Of a DNA stretch of 32,000 nt, positions 28,558 through 32,000 are shown piece by piece. Location: contig NC_014729.1 in the NCBI RefSeq assembly GCF_000172995.2, positions 210,001-242,000 on the forward strand, given 5' to 3'. Within the stretch, counting starts at the first letter, position 1. Each line of letters opens with the position of its first letter. This DNA comes from Halogeometricum borinquense DSM 11551 (GTDB lineage: Archaea > Halobacteriota > Halobacteria > Halobacteriales > Haloferacaceae). Made by a program: the position numbers and the translations under genes. The notes under the pieces were generated by a model. It searched no databases. It was not told the DNA's origin and saw only the letters and a program-made list of their open reading frames with translations.

Positions 28558-29922
28558 TTAGACGTCTTCGAGAGCGGCCAGCAGCGCGTCCTTGGCCCCG
28601 GCGGCAAGGTCTTCTGCGCGGGCTTCGTCGCGGGCTTCAGCGTAGACGCGGACTTTCGGTTCGGTGCCGGACGGGCGGACGAGAACCCACGCATCGCCGT
28701 AATCGAGGCGATAGCCGTCGGTGGTGTTCGGGGTCGCGTCGGCGGATTCGGCGTACTCGCGAGCGGCGTCAAGCATCGCTTCGAGTTCCGCCTCGTCGTC
28801 GTATCCGAGGTTGACGCGGACGTTCACGTAGTCCGTGTACGGAGCGACAACATCGCTCACCTCGCGGTCGGTGATGAGTTCGAGGAACTTCGCGGCCGTG
28901 TACGCGCCGTCGCGCACGAGGCGGTAGTTCGGGAAGAAAATCCCCCCGTTGCCCTCGCCCGCGATGGGGACAGTTTCCCCCTGCGCCCACAGGTCGCGGA
29001 TGCGGGTGATGAGGTTCGTCGCGCCGATAGGTGTCAGTTCGAGATTCGCGCCGACTTCGTTGCACACGTCCACGAGTCGTTGTGAGACGTTCACGGCGGC
29101 GACGGCGGTGTCGTCTTCCTCAAGTTGTGCGGCGGCGAGGGCGGCAAGCGATGCTTCACCGGCGACGAACTCGCCGTTCTCGTCCACGAAGACGGCTCTG
29201 TCGGCGTCGCCGTCGTGGGCGATACCAACATCTGCGTCGCTTGCTTTCACGAGTCGGCAGAGGTCGCCGAGTTTGCTGCCGACCGGTTCGGATTCGCGGC
29301 CGGGGAAGTGACCGTCCGGGTTGGCGTTGACCGTCACGACCTCACAGCCGAGTTCGCGGAAGAAGTCGGGACTAGTGAGACAGCCAGCACCGTGGCCGGG
29401 GTCGAGGGCGACCGTCAAGTTCGCGTCGGCGATGGCTTCGCGGTCAACGGACGCGAGCAGGTCGTCCACGTAGTCGCGGTTCGAGGAATCGACCCGGCGA
29501 ATCTCACCGACTTCGTCCCACGCCGCGGTGTCGAACTCCTCGGCGAGCACGTGGTCCTCGATTCGCTCTAAGTCGGCGACGGAGAGTTCGACGCCGTCGT
29601 CGCCGACGAGTTTGATGCCGTTGTACTCCGGCGGGTTGTGCGAGGCCGTGATGACTACTGCGGGCACCTCCTCGACTTCGCAGTAGCGGACGACCCCGGG
29701 CGTGGGGACAGCACCGAGCACGTCCACGTCTACGCCGACACTCGCCAGTCCGCTGGTTGCGGCGTTCGAGAACATCTCTCCCGTCGTTCGAGTGTCTCGT
29801 GCGACCACCGCACGGTCCGACCCCCAGACCGTCCCGGCCGCCTTCGAGACGCGCAGGACGAACTCGGGCGTGAGACCATCTCCCACCACGCCACGGGTCC
29901 CGCTCGAACCGAACAGTTTCAT
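28558..29922 (-). CDS. phosphohexomutase (phosphoglucosamine/phosphomannomutase-type)
   Basis: Active-site serine loop TASHNPPEYNGIK, metal loop AHDGDADR, sugar loop GEGNGG and phosphate loop RPSGTEPKVRVY. Confidence 0.9.
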   Translation of the reverse strand: MKLFGSSGTRGVVGDGLTPEFVLRVSKAAGTVWGSDRAVVARDTRTTGEMFSNAATSGLASVGVDVDVLGAVPTPGVVRYCEVEEVPAVVITASHNPPEYNGIKLVGDDGVELSVADLERIEDHVLAEEFDTAAWDEVGEIRRVDSSNRDYVDDLLASVDREAIADANLTVALDPGHGAGCLTSPDFFRELGCEVVTVNANPDGHFPGRESEPVGSKLGDLCRLVKASDADVGIAHDGDADRAVFVDENGEFVAGEASLAALAAAQLEEDDTAVAAVNVSQRLVDVCNEVGANLELTPIGATNLITRIRDLWAQGETVPIAGEGNGGIFFPNYRLVRDGAYTAAKFLELITDREVSDVVAPYTDYVNVRVNLGYDDEAELEAMLDAAREYAESADATPNTTDGYRLDYGDAWVLVRPSGTEPKVRVYAEARDEARAEDLAAGAKDALLAALEDV

Positions 29923-30080
29923 TATCAGTTCGTGATTCGCCCGGCGTCAAAGCGGTTGCGAATCGAGTGCTTCAGTGATCGCGCTCGAATTCTTCGGTTT
30001 GAGGTACCGCGATCCCTGAATTGTTCTTGAATGGCTCGCCTTCTCTCCCGACATTGTCTACACTCTCGCCGCTTTCAGAT

Positions 30081-30161
30081 GCGTCCGTACACCCGCCGAT
30101 TTGGACACATCCGTACACCCGTCGCTTTCGGGCACGTCCGTACACCCGCCGCCTTCGGTGA
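30081..30161. repeat. three tandem 26-27 bp direct repeats directly upstream of the hisA TATA-like box
   Basis: The units are GCGTCCGTACACCCGCCGATTTGGACA (30081-30107), CATCCGTACACCCGTCGCTTTCGGGCA (30108-30134) and CGTCCGTACACCCGCCGCCTTCGGTGA (30135-30161). The 12-nt core TCCGTACACCCG is identical in all three. Confidence 0.85.
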
Positions 30162-30167
30162 CTTTAC
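30162..30167 (+). promoter_or_regulatory. TATA-like box (CTTTAC) for hisA
   Basis: Centred ~28 nt upstream of ATG 30193 and immediately 3' of the third repeat unit. Confidence 0.3.
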
Positions 30168-30192
30168 GCGCGGTGCGCGTCCACACACGTCT

Positions 30193-30930
30193 ATGGCTGA
30201 GGCGTTCCCGACGTTCGAGGTGGTTCCAGCAGTAGATATGCAGGACGGCGAAGTCGTCCAGTTAGTACAGGGCGAACGCGGCACGGAGAAACGATACGGT
30301 GACCCTGTCGCGGCCGCCGAGCGGTGGATCAATGAGGGGGCGGACACGCTCCATCTCGTGGACTTAGACGGTGCGTTCGAGGGTGAGCGACAGAACGCCG
30401 ACGCTGTCGAGGCCGTCGTGGATGCCGTGGATGTCCCCGTCCAGTTGGGCGGTGGGATCCGAACTGCCGCGGACGCAATCGACCTCCTCGAACGCGGCGT
30501 CGAACGCGTCATTCTCGGCACCGCCGCCGTGGAGAATCCCGACATCGTCCGGGAGATAAGCGACGCACACCCCGGATCGGTAATGGTGAGCCTTGACGCG
30601 AAAGACGGCGAAGTCGTCGTCTCCGGATGGACCGAGGGAACGGGGCTGGATCCCGCTGCGGCCGCGGCCCGCTACGAGGAACTCGGTGCGGGCGCGATTT
30701 TGTTCACCGACGTGGATGTTGAAGGACAGTTAGAGGGCATTCAGACGGCCGTCACACAGCGTGTCGTCGATGCCGTCACCATCCCCGTTGTCGCCTCCGG
30801 CGGCGTCGCGTCGCTCTCGGACGTTCGAGCGTTGAAAGAAGCGGGTGCCGCCGCTGTCGTCGTCGGGACGGCACTCTACGAAGACGCGTTCACGCTTCAA
30901 GCCGCACAGGACGCGGTAAGCGAGGACTAA
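30193..30930 (+). CDS. hisA: 1-(5-phosphoribosyl)-5-[(5-phosphoribosylamino)methylideneamino]imidazole-4-carboxamide isomerase
   Basis: VVPAVDMQDGEVVQLVQGE, LHLVDLDGA, QLGGGIR and the C-terminal VASGGV...VVGTALY. Start was trimmed from 30031 to ATG 30193, because the upstream part is the repeat array read as protein. Confidence 0.93.
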   Translation: MAEAFPTFEVVPAVDMQDGEVVQLVQGERGTEKRYGDPVAAAERWINEGADTLHLVDLDGAFEGERQNADAVEAVVDAVDVPVQLGGGIRTAADAIDLLERGVERVILGTAAVENPDIVREISDAHPGSVMVSLDAKDGEVVVSGWTEGTGLDPAAAAARYEELGAGAILFTDVDVEGQLEGIQTAVTQRVVDAVTIPVVASGGVASLSDVRALKEAGAAAVVVGTALYEDAFTLQAAQDAVSED

Positions 30931-30960
30931 CGCGCAAGGCGTGCAGACGCCGGGACGCGC

Positions 30961-31200
30961 TCATTTTGGATTTCGGTGTCCACTTCCGCTTTGGCTCCCG
31001 CTCTGACTCCACGCTCTCCTTTTTCCCCCACTCCCGTCTGTGTCCGCTGCCCGGAGCGCAGACAGCTTTGCGACGACTGCGGTCGAAACAAGCGCGATGA
31101 GCGCGACGCCCAGTGCCGCCCCCGTCCCAGACTGTGCGAACAGGAGGAGACACCCGACTCCGAGCGTGTACAGCGCCAGTACTGCCCCCTTTACTCCCAT
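30961..31200 (-). CDS. possible small membrane protein (79 aa)
   Basis: From ATG 31200 the protein reads MGVKGAVLALYTLGVGCLLLFAQSGTGAALGVALIALVSTAVVAKL..., giving two hydrophobic segments and a Gly/Ser-rich tail. The track start 31224 is TTG. Coding status is uncertain. Confidence 0.4.
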   Translation of the reverse strand: MGVKGAVLALYTLGVGCLLLFAQSGTGAALGVALIALVSTAVVAKLSALRAADTDGSGGKRRAWSQSGSQSGSGHRNPK

Positions 31201-31339
31201 GGTGTTTCCTAGCACTGTCGTCAATACCTATGAATATCCGGCAGACAGGCGTCAGACGGGTACAAAACGGATACCAGCGTTTCTGTCTCCCGACTCCGAA
31301 GAACGCAACCGTGATACTGTTTGACGACGACACGCGAAT

Positions 31340-31951
31340 ATGAGCGACGACGCCGACTCGGACGCCACGTCGCGGACGGCCGCCGTCTCCCGTGAGACGG
31401 CCGAGACGACCATCGAGGTGACACTGACGATAGACGGCGACGGCGACGCCACCGTGGATACCGGCGTCGGATTTTTCGATCACATGCTCGAAGCGTTCGC
31501 CAAGCACGGCCTATTCGATCTGACGGTCAACTGTGACGGCGACTTAGAAATCGACGACCACCACACCGTCGAGGACGTGGCTATCGTCATCGGCGACGCC
31601 TTCTCCGAAGCGCTCGGCGACAAACGCGGTATCGTCCGCTACGCCGACCGGCAGGTCCCTCTTGACGAAGCCGTTGCGGGCGTCGTTGTGGACGTGAGCG
31701 GCCGGCCGTACTTCGACTTCGATGGCGAGTTCTCCCAAGAGCAAATCGGGGACTTCACGAGCGACATGGCCCGGCACTTCGGCTACTCGCTGGCGATGCA
31801 CGCCGGACTCACGCTTCATACCGAGATCCGCGGCGAGAACGCCCACCACGAGGCCGAAGCCCTGTTTAAGGCGCTCGCTCGCGCACTGGACGACGCGACG
31901 CGAGTAGACCCGCGGCGAAGCGATACGCCGAGTACGAAGGGCGAACTCTGA
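31340..31951 (+). CDS. hisB: imidazoleglycerol-phosphate dehydratase
   Basis: [49 protein letters not shown] and [14 protein letters not shown]. Confidence 0.95.
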   Translation: MSDDADSDATSRTAAVSRETAETTIEVTLTIDGDGDATVDTGVGFFDHMLEAFAKHGLFDLTVNCDGDLEIDDHHTVEDVAIVIGDAFSEALGDKRGIVRYADRQVPLDEAVAGVVVDVSGRPYFDFDGEFSQEQIGDFTSDMARHFGYSLAMHAGLTLHTEIRGENAHHEAEALFKALARALDDATRVDPRRSDTPSTKGEL

Positions 31952-32000
31952 GGTTTGTCGGCGCCCGACGAGTTCCGACCGCGTAACTCCCAGTTATCGG

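Noticed and set aside
30031-30192. N-terminal extension of hisA that reads the tandem repeats as protein (RPYTRRFGHIRTPVAFGHVRTPAAFG)
   Set aside because: The composition is basic and repetitive, unlike the acidic proteome. HisA homologs begin near MAEAFPTFEVVPAVD, and a TATA-like box sits inside the extension.
31040-31507. ORFs 31040..31324(+), 31113..31343(+) and 30890..31507(-) between hisA and hisB
   Set aside because: They have basic, low-complexity translations and overlap the hisB start or the hisA end. Only the short hydrophobic minus-strand ORF 30961..31200 is retained, at low confidence.

Overview
This is a high-GC haloarchaeal (class Halobacteria) chromosomal segment. Hand counts of typical coding stretches give about 65% GC. 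The predicted proteins are strongly acidic. Most start codons sit 27-31 nt downstream of a TATA-like hexamer, which is the leaderless-transcript layout typical of haloarchaea. The window is mostly housekeeping. It encodes malate dehydrogenase, UvrC, an ABC-2 transporter pair and a NAD-dependent DNA ligase (LigN type). It also holds a methionine/sulfur block (metY-metX-membrane protein-metY paralog), two tandem PiT-family permeases, the halophilic 2Fe-2S ferredoxin and an A24 prepilin/archaellin peptidase. Three scattered histidine genes (hisI, hisA, hisB), a GNAT acetyltransferase and a phosphohexomutase complete the recognisable set. From memory, the order mdh...uvrC...ligN...metY/metX...fdx...pibD...his resembles the Haloferax volcanii HVO_299x-300x region; I cannot verify that here. 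The only clearly accessory DNA is an apparently intact ~1.87 kb IS200/IS605 element (tnpA + tnpB), whose two ends carry matching, unusually large nested hairpins. Other items worth a second look: (1) two tandem direct-repeat arrays, 4 x 22-23 bp upstream of the ligase and 3 x 26-27 bp abutting the hisA TATA box, which share a TCCGT core; (2) PiT-family paralogs that lack the signature aspartates and sit next to sulfur-assimilation genes; (3) a HEAT-repeat protein with a ~440-aa unassignable N-terminal module; (4) several conserved-looking genes of unknown function, namely secreted or Tat-lipoprotein genes and an acidic helical protein packed behind hisI. I found no rRNA, tRNA or CRISPR array, and I do not see a convincing novel multi-gene system. 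The many long antisense ORFs in the track are high-GC artefacts.
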